Made by a program: the position numbers and the translations under genes
Notes under the pieces: generated by a model
What the model was told of the DNA's origin: nothing
The model's database searches: none
Seen by the model: only the letters and a program-made list of their open reading frames with translations
Origin: an uncultured Gemmatimonas sp.
GTDB lineage: Bacteria > Gemmatimonadota > Gemmatimonadetes > Longimicrobiales > Longimicrobiaceae
Direction: 5' to 3'
Length of the DNA stretch: 64,000 bases
NCBI GenBank assembly: GCA_964424945.1
Contig: CAYRLB010000001.1
Coordinates: 7,047-71,046, forward strand
Part shown: piece after piece, positions 18,194-27,305 of the stretch
Numbering within the stretch: position 1 is the stretch's first letter
How the letters are laid out: each line of letters begins with the position of its first letter

Positions 18194-18390
18194 ATCGGCC
18201 GCAGCCAGTCGAGCGGATCGGCAATGACGCCCCCCGGCGTGCGGAGCTGGAACTGGAGATGTGAAGCCTCTCCCCTCGATCGAGCCACGACGGCCCCTAC
18301 CCGCTTGCCCGCGGAGGCGACTCCCCCGGTGTGAGCTGCCACACGCCGAAGAGAGAGATACAAGGTGTGATATCCCGCGCCGCTCATCAC
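18190..18390 (-). CDS. 66-aa ORF resembling the C-terminal half of an M23/LytM peptidase domain (degenerate)
   Basis: 'GYHTLYLSL...GKRVGAV...SHLQFQLRTPGGVIADPLDWL' parallels the M23 pattern 'GY.TLY.HL...G..IG.VG.TG...PHLHFE.R.NG..V.P..YL', with the second His replaced. 4-nt overlaps on both sides. Confidence 0.4.
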   Translation of the reverse strand: MMSGAGYHTLYLSLRRVAAHTGGVASAGKRVGAVVARSRGEASHLQFQLRTPGGVIADPLDWLRPI

Positions 18391-19331
18391 GGCTGACCCC
18401 CCAGCCGGATGGCGAGCGCGATCGCCTCGATCATCGATGAGGGATCCGCGAGATCTTTCCCCGCGATATCGAGCGCGGTGCCGTGGTCGGGGCTGGTCCG
18501 CGGGAAGGGAAGCCCCAGAGTGACGTTGACGCCCGACCCGAAGGTGGCGGTCTTGAATGCCGCCATCCCCACATCGTGATAGGGTGCGATCACCACGTCG
18601 AACTCCCCCGCCATCGCGCGCATGAATACGGTGTCGGCAGGGATGGGGCCGACCGCGGTGATTCCGGCGCTGCGGAGCCGTTCGAGTGCCGGTGCGTAGA
18701 TCCGCGCTTCCTCATCGCCGAACAGGCCATTGTCGGAGGCGTGGGGATTGAAGGCACATAGCGCAATGCGAGGGTCAGGCAGTCCCCACCATCGGCGCAG
18801 CGATGAAGAGGTCAGCGCGCTCTGGCCGACCAGCAGATCGGAGGTGAGCGTACGAGGGACATCCCTGAGAGGCAGATGGGTCGTCGCGAGCACCACGCGA
18901 AGGGGACCGCGCGTGTCGTTCCCTTCGGAGGACATCAGCATCACGACCTCGGGCGAGCTCGTGAGCTGCTGCAGCATTTCGGTGTGACCGGGGAAGTTCC
19001 AGCCGCCCGCATGGAACGCCGCCTTGTCGATCGGCGCCGTCACGAGCGCGTCGATCGTGCCACTGAGCGCCATCTCGACGCCCCGCTCGATCGCCGCCCC
19101 CGCAACAGCCCCCGCCTCCGCTTCGTTCCCCCCGGCGCTCCAGCCGGGGATGTCAATGCGGGGCCAATCTCCGGCAACCAGCCCTTCAGGGCCGATGAGA
19201 ATGTACTCGGCGCGACCGGAGATGGATGGATGGGCCAGCGCCTTCGCGGTGACTTCCGGGCCAATCCCCCGCGGATCGCCGAGCGTGATCCCGATGCGGG
19301 GCGTGCGTGCCTTCGAATCGTCGTTCGTCAC
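18387..19331 (-). CDS. pdxA: 4-hydroxythreonine-4-phosphate dehydrogenase
   Basis: 'IGITLGDPRGIGPEV', 'FPGHTEML', 'SPDHGTALDIAGK'. GTG start at 19331 overlaps the S4-gene stop (GTGA). Confidence 0.9.
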   Translation of the reverse strand: MTNDDSKARTPRIGITLGDPRGIGPEVTAKALAHPSISGRAEYILIGPEGLVAGDWPRIDIPGWSAGGNEAEAGAVAGAAIERGVEMALSGTIDALVTAPIDKAAFHAGGWNFPGHTEMLQQLTSSPEVVMLMSSEGNDTRGPLRVVLATTHLPLRDVPRTLTSDLLVGQSALTSSSLRRWWGLPDPRIALCAFNPHASDNGLFGDEEARIYAPALERLRSAGITAVGPIPADTVFMRAMAGEFDVVIAPYHDVGMAAFKTATFGSGVNVTLGLPFPRTSPDHGTALDIAGKDLADPSSMIEAIALAIRLGGQP

Positions 19332-19594
19332 AGTTCGCTCAGCCGTTCGTCCCGGACGACCTCGTACATCTCGCGCGCAGCCTTCTTCGACGTCGATTTC
19401 GGCGGCAGCGAAAGCACGCGGATCTCGAGCAGTCGGTTCGAGAAGCGGAGCGTCACGCTGCTCCCCTCCCGGACCTCCTGGCTCGGCTTCGCACGGGATC
19501 CGTCGAGCTCGATCGCGCCGGCCTCGCACGCGTCCTTTGCTTCGGAGCGGCTGCGCGTGAGGCAGAGCCGATGAAGAGCGACGTCGATCCTCAA
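19328..19594 (-). CDS. S4-domain RNA-binding protein, Hsp15/RqcP(YabO)-like
   Basis: 88 aa. 'MRIDVALHRLCLTRSRSEAKDACEAGAIELDGSRAKPSQEVREGSSVTLRF' matches, over its full length, my recollection of the ~86-aa B. subtilis YabO/RqcP architecture. Confidence 0.75.
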   Translation of the reverse strand: MRIDVALHRLCLTRSRSEAKDACEAGAIELDGSRAKPSQEVREGSSVTLRFSNRLLEIRVLSLPPKSTSKKAAREMYEVVRDERLSEL

Positions 19595-19601
19595 GCCTCG
19601 A

Positions 19602-20990
19602 TCAGAGTCGAACGTTGACGTAGATCTGCTCCCGCAGCTCCAGCAGGTGCTGCTCCATCAGCTTCTGCTGCTCGAGCGCCTGCCGGATGCGTGGTCGGGC
19701 GTCCTCCAGCGTGTACTCACGCGCGTCCTGCTGATCGTTGAACTGAAGCACGACCCATCGCGGACCGCGCGGATGTTCGAAGCGGAAAGGCCCGACGACA
19801 TCGCCGACCTCGGCACCCGCGACTGCAGCACCATATTCGGGCGGAATACGGTCGAGGATCAGGTTGGAAGCGACCGCCGGAAGAAGTTCATCTTCGGCAT
19901 TGTAGCGGTTGGCCAGCTCCTGAATCGACGCTCCGCCCCGCACCGCTTCCGCGACCGAATCGGCCCGAACCCGACCCCTCTCGATATCCGCGGCCGTCAC
20001 TTCCGGCTGAATAAGGATGTGTCGCGCCTGTCGCTCCGCCGTGCGCGTCCGATCGACCCGGATGATGTGGAAGCCGAAATCCGTCTCCACGATGCCGCTC
20101 GTCTGGCCGGCCCGAAGCGCGAAGGCGACCTGCTCGAATTCGGGGACCATCTGGCCGGTTCCGAACCAGCCCAGATCACCACCACTCTCCGCATTGCTCG
20201 CATCGTCCGAAAACCGCCGTGCAAGAACTGCGAAGTCGGCGCCGCCGCGGAGCTCGGCCAGGACCTCCTCCGCCTCCGCAATCGCCGCCTGGCGCGCCGA
20301 ATCAGTTGGTTGGGGGGTGACAACCACCTGACGGAAGGAAACGGTCGCGGGCCGCTGTCCGAGTGCCGCCCGATTGGCATCGAAGTAGGCCTGCACTTCC
20401 GACTCGTTGATGACGGGCGGCGTGCGGTTCTGCAGAACCTGGCTGAGATAGCGGGTCTTGATGGCGTCAGCACGGTAGATCTCGAGGAGATCCCGGCGGA
20501 AGGCCGCCATGGTTCGTCCCTCCGACGCCAGAAGCTGACGGAACGCCTCCGGGGAGCCGAGGTCCTGCTCCGCCTGACTGATCCGCTGCTCCACCCCTGG
20601 AAGGACGTCCTGGTCGGAGACAGTCACGTTGGCGCGCTTGGCCGCGGCAAGGATCAGCATGTCGTTGACGCTCGCCTCGATGAGCTGCCGGGCGGCGAGA
20701 TCGACCTGTGCAGGATCGTTCGGAAGCTCGCCGGCGGCGTGCAACCTGCCGACCTCGTTGATGATGGTCGAGTAGAGCAGGATGGAGTCGCCGACGACGG
20801 CCAGTACCCGGTCGACGATCGTTTCCTCCAGCTGGTTCGCAGCCATCGGGGCGGGTTGCGCGCCTGGGGCGACCTGACCTGCGAGGGGAGCCGCCGTGAC
20901 GCTCAGTACAAGCAGTGCGAGGGTCCGGACGATGCCATGCTTCATATAGACTTTCCGCGGTGGTGCGCTGACGAAAGATGGATGCGACAC
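19602..20990 (-). CDS. surA: SurA-like periplasmic chaperone / parvulin-type PPIase
   Basis: Signal peptide, SurA_N-like region and parvulin motif 'GGDLGWFGTGQMVPEFEQVAFAL...GFHIIRV'. Classical surA-pdxA linkage. Start may be the Met at 20945. Confidence 0.8.
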   Translation of the reverse strand: MSHPSFVSAPPRKVYMKHGIVRTLALLVLSVTAAPLAGQVAPGAQPAPMAANQLEETIVDRVLAVVGDSILLYSTIINEVGRLHAAGELPNDPAQVDLAARQLIEASVNDMLILAAAKRANVTVSDQDVLPGVEQRISQAEQDLGSPEAFRQLLASEGRTMAAFRRDLLEIYRADAIKTRYLSQVLQNRTPPVINESEVQAYFDANRAALGQRPATVSFRQVVVTPQPTDSARQAAIAEAEEVLAELRGGADFAVLARRFSDDASNAESGGDLGWFGTGQMVPEFEQVAFALRAGQTSGIVETDFGFHIIRVDRTRTAERQARHILIQPEVTAADIERGRVRADSVAEAVRGGASIQELANRYNAEDELLPAVASNLILDRIPPEYGAAVAGAEVGDVVGPFRFEHPRGPRWVVLQFNDQQDAREYTLEDARPRIRQALEQQKLMEQHLLELREQIYVNVRL

Positions 20991-21080
20991 GGGGGGCGTC
21001 TCCGCCCCCCGTAGCCCCGTTGGATCATACGCGACAGCCGGAGGGGAGTTCCTTACCCCCCGGCCGTCACGGGCACCCCT

Positions 21081-22619
21081 CTACGGATTGGCCGGTGCGG
21101 GTGCTGCCTCACCAGGGGCGCCACCCTCCTCGGCGGGGGCGACGCTCCTCATGATCGAGTCGAGCATCGCGGGGTCGATCCCAGCCGGCATCTGGGTCGG
21201 GTCGGGTGCCGGCTGCGCAGCACGGATCTGCTCGAGCTGCGAGACGACCTCGACGACGGCCGCATCATTGATCTCGAAGTCGTAGGCATCGCGCAGAGCG
21301 AAGCCCAGACTTCCGAGCGGAATGTACGGCGCCTGACCCGAAATCACTCCCTGCAGGATCGCCATCACATGCTGGTCGAGCTCGGCTTCGGTCGCCCCTG
21401 CGCGACCTGCGTCGGCGAAGCCAGTGGCCTCGATCAGCTCCCGGATCGCTATGCGTGCTTCAGTGCGGAGCTGCGTGTCCTCCTCCTCGGAGAGCGAGAT
21501 GCCGAGGTTCTCGGCTTCCCTCAGCAGCAGCTCCATCTGGACGAGCTGCTGGATACCCTGCTCGAGCTGGTCGTCCGGAGCAGTGGCGAAGGCATTCTGC
21601 ACCTGTGGCTGCTGCGTGCGGATGAAGTCCGCGAACTCGGCTGCGGTGAACTCCCCACCCTCGTAGGTAGCGATCTCACGGCGGGCGGCGCGTCCACGCA
21701 GGTTGATGCTCGGCTGCGCGGCGATCTCCTTCGCGGCGGCGAGGCCAGCCTGCTGAACCTCGACCCCGGCCCGTGCAGAAAGTGAGTCGAGGTAGGCAAT
21801 CTCGGCGTCCTGGATCGCGTTCTGGACGAGATAGTTCCGGAAGTTCTCGCGCTCCGTCCCGATCTCCGGCTGGCGACGCTCCTCGACCAGGATCACATGG
21901 AAGCCGAAGGGCGTCTCGACGACGTCGCTCAGCTGGCCCGGCTCTAGTGCGAATGCGGCGGCCTCGAACTGCTCGACCATCCGCCCGCGGCTGAAGAAGC
22001 CGAGGTCGCCGCCCTGCACGGCGCTACCCGGATCCTGCGAGTGCTGCGCTGCCAGCTCGGCGAAGGATTCACCGCCAGCCGCCCGTGACCGAAGCGACTC
22101 CGCTTCCTGGCGAACGCTGTCGCGCTGCTCGGCAGTCGCATCCGTCGCCGTGCGGAGAAGAATGTGCCGCGCGCGGATTTCGGCGCTCGGCCCATCCGTC
22201 GCCCACCGGCGCGTGATCTCGGCGTCGTCGAAGAGCGTGTCGACCTCGATGACCCGGTTCCGGAGCTGCATCACCAGCGCCTGCTCGCGCACCGGCTGGA
22301 TGAACTTCTCCAGATCGATGGCAGCGAGCGTGCTGTCCTCCGAGACGGCCTCGGCGAGAAGGGTGTAGTCGACCCACAGATCGGTTACCGCGCGGACGAC
22401 CTGCGGATCCGCGGGGATGTCCGGAATGGCGCCGATCATGTTGGTCACCTGCTCGACGCGGAGCTCACGGCCGGCGGCGCGCGCCACGACATCGGTGTGG
22501 CCGGTGAGCGCATCGCTCAACCCGCTGCATCCGGTGGCCGTAAGCAGTGCCACCGCTGCGGATGCCCGCCAAGGGGATTGCATGATGCAGCGCCCGATGG
22601 CGCGGCTGAAGGACGTCAT
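21081..22619 (-). CDS. Parvulin-type peptidyl-prolyl isomerase lipoprotein (PpiD/PrsA-like)
   Basis: Lipobox 'LLTATGCSG'. Parvulin motif 'GGDLGFFSRGRMVEQFEAAAFAL...FGFHVILVEE'. Start set at the Met before the signal peptide. Confidence 0.75.
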   Translation of the reverse strand: MTSFSRAIGRCIMQSPWRASAAVALLTATGCSGLSDALTGHTDVVARAAGRELRVEQVTNMIGAIPDIPADPQVVRAVTDLWVDYTLLAEAVSEDSTLAAIDLEKFIQPVREQALVMQLRNRVIEVDTLFDDAEITRRWATDGPSAEIRARHILLRTATDATAEQRDSVRQEAESLRSRAAGGESFAELAAQHSQDPGSAVQGGDLGFFSRGRMVEQFEAAAFALEPGQLSDVVETPFGFHVILVEERRQPEIGTERENFRNYLVQNAIQDAEIAYLDSLSARAGVEVQQAGLAAAKEIAAQPSINLRGRAARREIATYEGGEFTAAEFADFIRTQQPQVQNAFATAPDDQLEQGIQQLVQMELLLREAENLGISLSEEEDTQLRTEARIAIRELIEATGFADAGRAGATEAELDQHVMAILQGVISGQAPYIPLGSLGFALRDAYDFEINDAAVVEVVSQLEQIRAAQPAPDPTQMPAGIDPAMLDSIMRSVAPAEEGGAPGEAAPAPANP

Positions 22620-22660
22620 TGCTGTCTCCGGCAAAGTGTAGTGAAGGGCGCGACGCCTGG

Positions 22661-25600
22661 TCAGGCCGCCGCCGAACGGTCGCGGGTAAGCGCCCGCAAG
22701 GCGCCTATCAACGTTACTGCCACCGACTCGGGACCCCGGCGGTGAAGCGTCAGGGACAATGGGAGCGGGCGCTGGAGCTCGACTTCCAGCTGGTACTCGG
22801 TGAAAATTCGCTGGAGAGCGGCCACCCTCGGAACGACGCCAGTCCTGAAATTTAGGCGCGCATCCCACGGCCGGACAAGGATACGCTCCAGCCCCAGTTC
22901 TGTGCCGAGCAGACGAAGCGCCGCGGTATGAAGCAGCGTCTCCACCTCGATCGGGAGGGGTCCGTACCGATCCCGGAACTCGCGCCGTACCGTGTCGACG
23001 CCCTCCATCGACTCGAGGGTCGAGAGGCGCCGGTAGAAGTGCAGCTTCTGCGCTTCGTCCGGGATGTACTCGTCCGGAATGTACGCCGCGCCATCGACCG
23101 AAACCTCGGTCGCGGCGAAGGTCGCAGGTCCGCCCTCTCCCTTCAGCTGCTTCACGGCCTGATCGAGGAGCCGCATATAGGTGTCGAAGCCGACGGCGTG
23201 CACGAATCCCGACTGCGCCGAGCCGAGGATGTTCCCCGCGCCGCGCAGCTCGAGGTCCTTCATCGCGATGCCGAAACCGCTGCCGAGCTCGGTGTAGTGC
23301 TCGAGAACCCGCAGCCGCTTCTCCGCATCTTCCGACACATTCTCGGGAATCAGCAGATAGCAGTACGCGCGATGGTGCGACCGCCCGACCCGGCCGCGGA
23401 TCTGATAGAGCTGTGACAGCCCGAACTGATCCGCCCGATCGACGATGAGGGTATTCGCGTTCGGAACGTCGAGGCCACTCTCGATGATGGATGTCGCCAC
23501 GAGAATGTCCACCTCGCCATTCACGAAGCGGCGCATGATCTCCTCGAGCTCCTTCTCCTTCATCTGGCCGTGCCCCACCTCGATCCGGGCGTCCGGGATC
23601 AGGCGCTGCACACGCTGTGCGAGCGTGTGGATCGTTTCGATCCTGTTGTGGACGAGGAAGATCTGACCACCCCGATCCATCTCCCGCCGGATCGCATCTT
23701 CGATGACGGCGTCCGACCAGGGCAGCACATGTGTGATGATGGGCTGACGGTCCCGCGGCGGCGTCTGGATCAGGGTCATATCCCGGATCCCCAGCAGCGA
23801 GAAGTGAAGCGTGCGGGGGATCGGGGTGGCGGTGAGGGTGAGGACATCAACCGTCCGCTTGAGCTGCTTCAGCCGCTCCTTGTGCTTCACGCCGAACCGC
23901 TGCTCCTCGTCGACGACGAGCAGCCCCAGGTTCGGGAACTCGACGTCTGTTGAAAGGAGCCGGTGCGTTCCGATGACGATGTCGATCGTTCCATCGGCGA
24001 TCCCCTTCAGCACCTCCGACTGCTCCTTCGCGGATCGGAACCGGGAGAGCGCCTCGAGCCGGACCGGGAAGCCCGCCAATCGTTCCGCGAAGCTCTGCAG
24101 ATGCTGCTCCGCGAGAATCGTCGTGGGGACGAGGACGGCGACCTGCTTGCCATCCTGTACAGCCTTGAAGGCCGCGCGGATTGCGATCTCCGTCTTCCCG
24201 TAGCCGACGTCCCCGCAGATGAGCCGGTCCATCGGCCGGACCGACTCCATGTCGCGCTTCACATCTTCCGTCGCCTGGCGCTGATCGGGGGTGTCCTCGA
24301 AAAGGAAGGCGGACTCCATCTCCCGCTGCCACCGCGAATCCTCCGAGAAGGAGTAGCCTTCGGACGCTTCCCGCGCGGCATACAGCTCGAGAAGCTCGGC
24401 GGCCATCTCCTCGATCGCCTTCCGTGTACGGTCGCGGGTACGGGCCCACTCCTTCCCGCCGATCTTGTGGACCTTCGGCGGCGGCCCGTCGTCCATGTCC
24501 GACACCCACCGCTCGATGAGATCGACGCGATGCACCGGGACGCGGAGGAACTCACCCCCGGCGTACTCGATGACGAGCGTCTCGAAGATTTCCTCCCCGA
24601 GCCTGACCGTCTCCATCCGCTGGAAGCGACCGATGCCGTGGTCCATGTGCACGACGTAGTCGCCCGGCTTCAGCGCGGCGAAGCTCTCGATCGTCAGCCC
24701 GCCCCGGAACTGCCGCCGCCGTCGAAGCCTCCGGGTGCGCCTGAAGATCTCGTGATCGGTAAGCACGCGGAATGCGGGGACCGCCTCCGCGAGGACGAAG
24801 CCGCCATTGACCGAGCCGGTCGCCAGAGTCACGCCTGTGCTGACCTTCAGATCCTCGAGCAGCTCCTGCAGGCGGTCGAGCTGCCCGTCATTGTCGCAGA
24901 GAATGAGCGTGCGCTCCCCGCGACGGGCTCCTTCCCGAAGGATCTCGCCCAGGAGCGGCATGTCCCGCTGGATGATCTCCGGCGGTCGCACGCGGAAGTG
25001 CAGCTCGGGGGCCGACCCGGGGGCACCCTCCCGGTTCAGGAAGATACGGGGAAAGCGCGCGACCTCCTCGGCGACGTCGTCCGGGGGGGCGAAGAGGCTT
25101 TCAGGACCTTCGGGCTTCGCACCGGCGGCGAGCTCAGCGGCGTGCAGGCGCTGGACTTCGGCCCACGTACGCTCCCAGTCTGCGGTCGCGGTGCCTCCTC
25201 CCGCATCAACGACGATCGCTTCGGAGGGCAGGTAGGAAAGGAGGGTGCGCGGCGCCGCCGTTCCCCGACCGGACGCCTGAAGGGGGGCGTATCGCACATC
25301 GACCGGGAGAACCCGCAGACTTTCGAGAGGTCCGACCGAGAGCTGTGTGAGCACATCGAAGCGGCGGATCGACTCGATCGTGTCGCCCCAGAACTCCACA
25401 CGGGCAGGTTCGGGGGTCCCGAAACCGAAAAGGTCCAGGATGCCGCCGCGTGAGGCGAACTGTCCCACCTCCTCGACCGCCGCGACCCGCTCGAAGCCCA
25501 TCGCTTCCAGCCGCTCGATGACCGTCGCCGGTCGGACTTCCTCGCCGGCGCGCAGTTCGAGCTGCATCTCCTGCAGCCGGTCCACCGCGAGGGACCGCTC

Positions 25601-25987
25601 CTGGATCGCACGATGCGTCGTGACGAGGATCGGCGCGCGCCCCGTCAGCAGGGCTTCGAGCGCCTCGACGCGCAGCCCCCCAATCTCGACATGCGTCTCG
25701 GCCTCCTCATACGGAAGCGATTCGCGCTGCGGATAGACGAGGGCGTGCCCCTCACCGAGGATCGACTCCAGATCCGCGATCATATGCTCCGCGGCGTCCG
25801 GGGTCGGCGTAACGATCACCCAGATGCGCTCGGGCTTCGACCGGTGCAGCGAGGCGACGAGAACAGCGGGCGACGACCCCTGCAGCCCGCTCGCTACGAC
25901 GGCTTCGCCGGCACGGGGGAGCGCTTCCGCCAGCGCGGCAAAGCTCGGAGTAGTCTGGAACGCGGAGAGAAGGGCGGGATGCGGCAC
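22661..25987 (-). CDS. mfd: Transcription-repair coupling factor
   Basis: 1108 aa. 'GDVGYGKTEIAIRAAF', 'VVDEEQRFGV', TRG-motif region and CarD-like 'GDYVVHMDHGIGRF'. Confidence 0.95.
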   Translation of the reverse strand: MPHPALLSAFQTTPSFAALAEALPRAGEAVVASGLQGSSPAVLVASLHRSKPERIWVIVTPTPDAAEHMIADLESILGEGHALVYPQRESLPYEEAETHVEIGGLRVEALEALLTGRAPILVTTHRAIQERSLAVDRLQEMQLELRAGEEVRPATVIERLEAMGFERVAAVEEVGQFASRGGILDLFGFGTPEPARVEFWGDTIESIRRFDVLTQLSVGPLESLRVLPVDVRYAPLQASGRGTAAPRTLLSYLPSEAIVVDAGGGTATADWERTWAEVQRLHAAELAAGAKPEGPESLFAPPDDVAEEVARFPRIFLNREGAPGSAPELHFRVRPPEIIQRDMPLLGEILREGARRGERTLILCDNDGQLDRLQELLEDLKVSTGVTLATGSVNGGFVLAEAVPAFRVLTDHEIFRRTRRLRRRRQFRGGLTIESFAALKPGDYVVHMDHGIGRFQRMETVRLGEEIFETLVIEYAGGEFLRVPVHRVDLIERWVSDMDDGPPPKVHKIGGKEWARTRDRTRKAIEEMAAELLELYAAREASEGYSFSEDSRWQREMESAFLFEDTPDQRQATEDVKRDMESVRPMDRLICGDVGYGKTEIAIRAAFKAVQDGKQVAVLVPTTILAEQHLQSFAERLAGFPVRLEALSRFRSAKEQSEVLKGIADGTIDIVIGTHRLLSTDVEFPNLGLLVVDEEQRFGVKHKERLKQLKRTVDVLTLTATPIPRTLHFSLLGIRDMTLIQTPPRDRQPIITHVLPWSDAVIEDAIRREMDRGGQIFLVHNRIETIHTLAQRVQRLIPDARIEVGHGQMKEKELEEIMRRFVNGEVDILVATSIIESGLDVPNANTLIVDRADQFGLSQLYQIRGRVGRSHHRAYCYLLIPENVSEDAEKRLRVLEHYTELGSGFGIAMKDLELRGAGNILGSAQSGFVHAVGFDTYMRLLDQAVKQLKGEGGPATFAATEVSVDGAAYIPDEYIPDEAQKLHFYRRLSTLESMEGVDTVRREFRDRYGPLPIEVETLLHTAALRLLGTELGLERILVRPWDARLNFRTGVVPRVAALQRIFTEYQLEVELQRPLPLSLTLHRRGPESVAVTLIGALRALTRDRSAAA

Positions 25988-26218
25988 GACGACGGCTACC
26001 TATCGTATCGGCACGGAACTCCGAAGGACGAATCGATCTTTCGGATCCCCGGTCGATACTCTTAATGAACGGAGAAGGGTGCGGTCCCGGTAAACCCCGG
26101 AAAATACGGGAAGCCGGAGAGTCGCGTCAATGGAGTGGGTTCGGCGGCCGACCTGGAACAAGGGGGTCGGTGGCCGGGGTAAACAGGTACACAGGCTCGC
26201 CTCTTATCATACGCAGCC

Positions 26219-27280
26219 ATGCAACGGATCATCACCGCGCTCGGGTTTCTGCTGGTCGTCGGCGTCGCTTTCCTGCCGCAGCCTATAGCAGCTCAGGTTG
26301 CTGCGAGGGTCTGGGTGGAGGGCACCCCGGACTACTTCCGGCGGGGAGACCGCATGAATGTGAGCTTCTCCGTCAGTGACGACTCCTATGTGGCTGTCGT
26401 TCACATCGACACGGACGGGAATCTCGACTTCGCCTTTCCCGCTTCCCCCTGGGATAACGAATTCGTCCGTGGTGGCGTCGTTCACTCTGTTCGTCCGCGC
26501 GGGACTTCCGGAGACTGGACGATCCGAACCCGGCCGGGGATCGGCTACTTCTACATCCTGGCATCGCCGACGCCTCTCGACTTCAGCTACTTCCGCGGGC
26601 GGACGGGGTCGCCCTGGGAGTGGGGTTATGCGGGTCGTGTCGTGCACGGGGACCCCTTCCTCGCCCTCGACCAGCTGGCGCGTCTGCTCCTGCCCTCCTC
26701 GACCTATTCCCGGTACGCTTACGACTTCTACAGCTATCACGTCGACGGAATCCATCGCTACCCGGCGTACGCCTGTTCCAGCCAGTACTATGACAGCGGT
26801 TGGGGATGGTATCCTTCGTACGGATCATGCAGCAGTCAGGAGCTGTTCCTGCGGCAGAATCCGAACTATTACGATACCCGGCTTTACCGCGGCGACCGGC
26901 GGCAGGTGATCGGACGATACGAGTCGATCGATCCGCGTCACGGCTACAAGGCGTCGCCTGACACACCGTCACCCGGGGTTTCGCCGGGGGGAACCCGGCC
27001 GAGCCTTCAGGGGAGCGGCGGACAAATTCCGAGGCGGGAGGCGGAGCCGGCTCCTGCCCCGGTGCGAGCGCCCGCCGCCGGTCAGCCTTCGCAGGGCCGC
27101 GCGCCTGCGCAGGGACGGCCAGCCGGGCAGGCGCAGCCTGCGCCGGGTGGAGGCTCATCCGGAGGAGCGCGGGAACGCCCGACCCCCGCTGTGAACGACG
27201 GACCTGCCGCCGCCACGGGGCGAGCGGCTCCGTCGCAAGGTGGCACGGCGCCAGCCCGGACGCGGCCATCCATCGACTGA
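26219..27280 (+). CDS. Secreted hypothetical protein (DUF4384-like beta domain, Pro/Ala/Gly-rich tail)
   Basis: Signal peptide 'MQRIITALGFLLVVGVAFLPQPIAAQ'. 'SYVAVVHIDTDGNLDFAFP'. Low-complexity C-terminus. Domain assignment from memory only. Confidence 0.55.
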   Translation: MQRIITALGFLLVVGVAFLPQPIAAQVAARVWVEGTPDYFRRGDRMNVSFSVSDDSYVAVVHIDTDGNLDFAFPASPWDNEFVRGGVVHSVRPRGTSGDWTIRTRPGIGYFYILASPTPLDFSYFRGRTGSPWEWGYAGRVVHGDPFLALDQLARLLLPSSTYSRYAYDFYSYHVDGIHRYPAYACSSQYYDSGWGWYPSYGSCSSQELFLRQNPNYYDTRLYRGDRRQVIGRYESIDPRHGYKASPDTPSPGVSPGGTRPSLQGSGGQIPRREAEPAPAPVRAPAAGQPSQGRAPAQGRPAGQAQPAPGGGSSGGARERPTPAVNDGPAAATGRAAPSQGGTAPARTRPSID

Positions 27281-27305
27281 CACCAGAACGAAGGAAAACG
27301 TGAAG

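Noticed and set aside
19647-21014. 455-aa plus-strand ORF
   Set aside because: Antisense shadow of the SurA-like gene.
23963-25453. 496-aa plus-strand ORF
   Set aside because: Antisense shadow of mfd, with no recognisable motifs.
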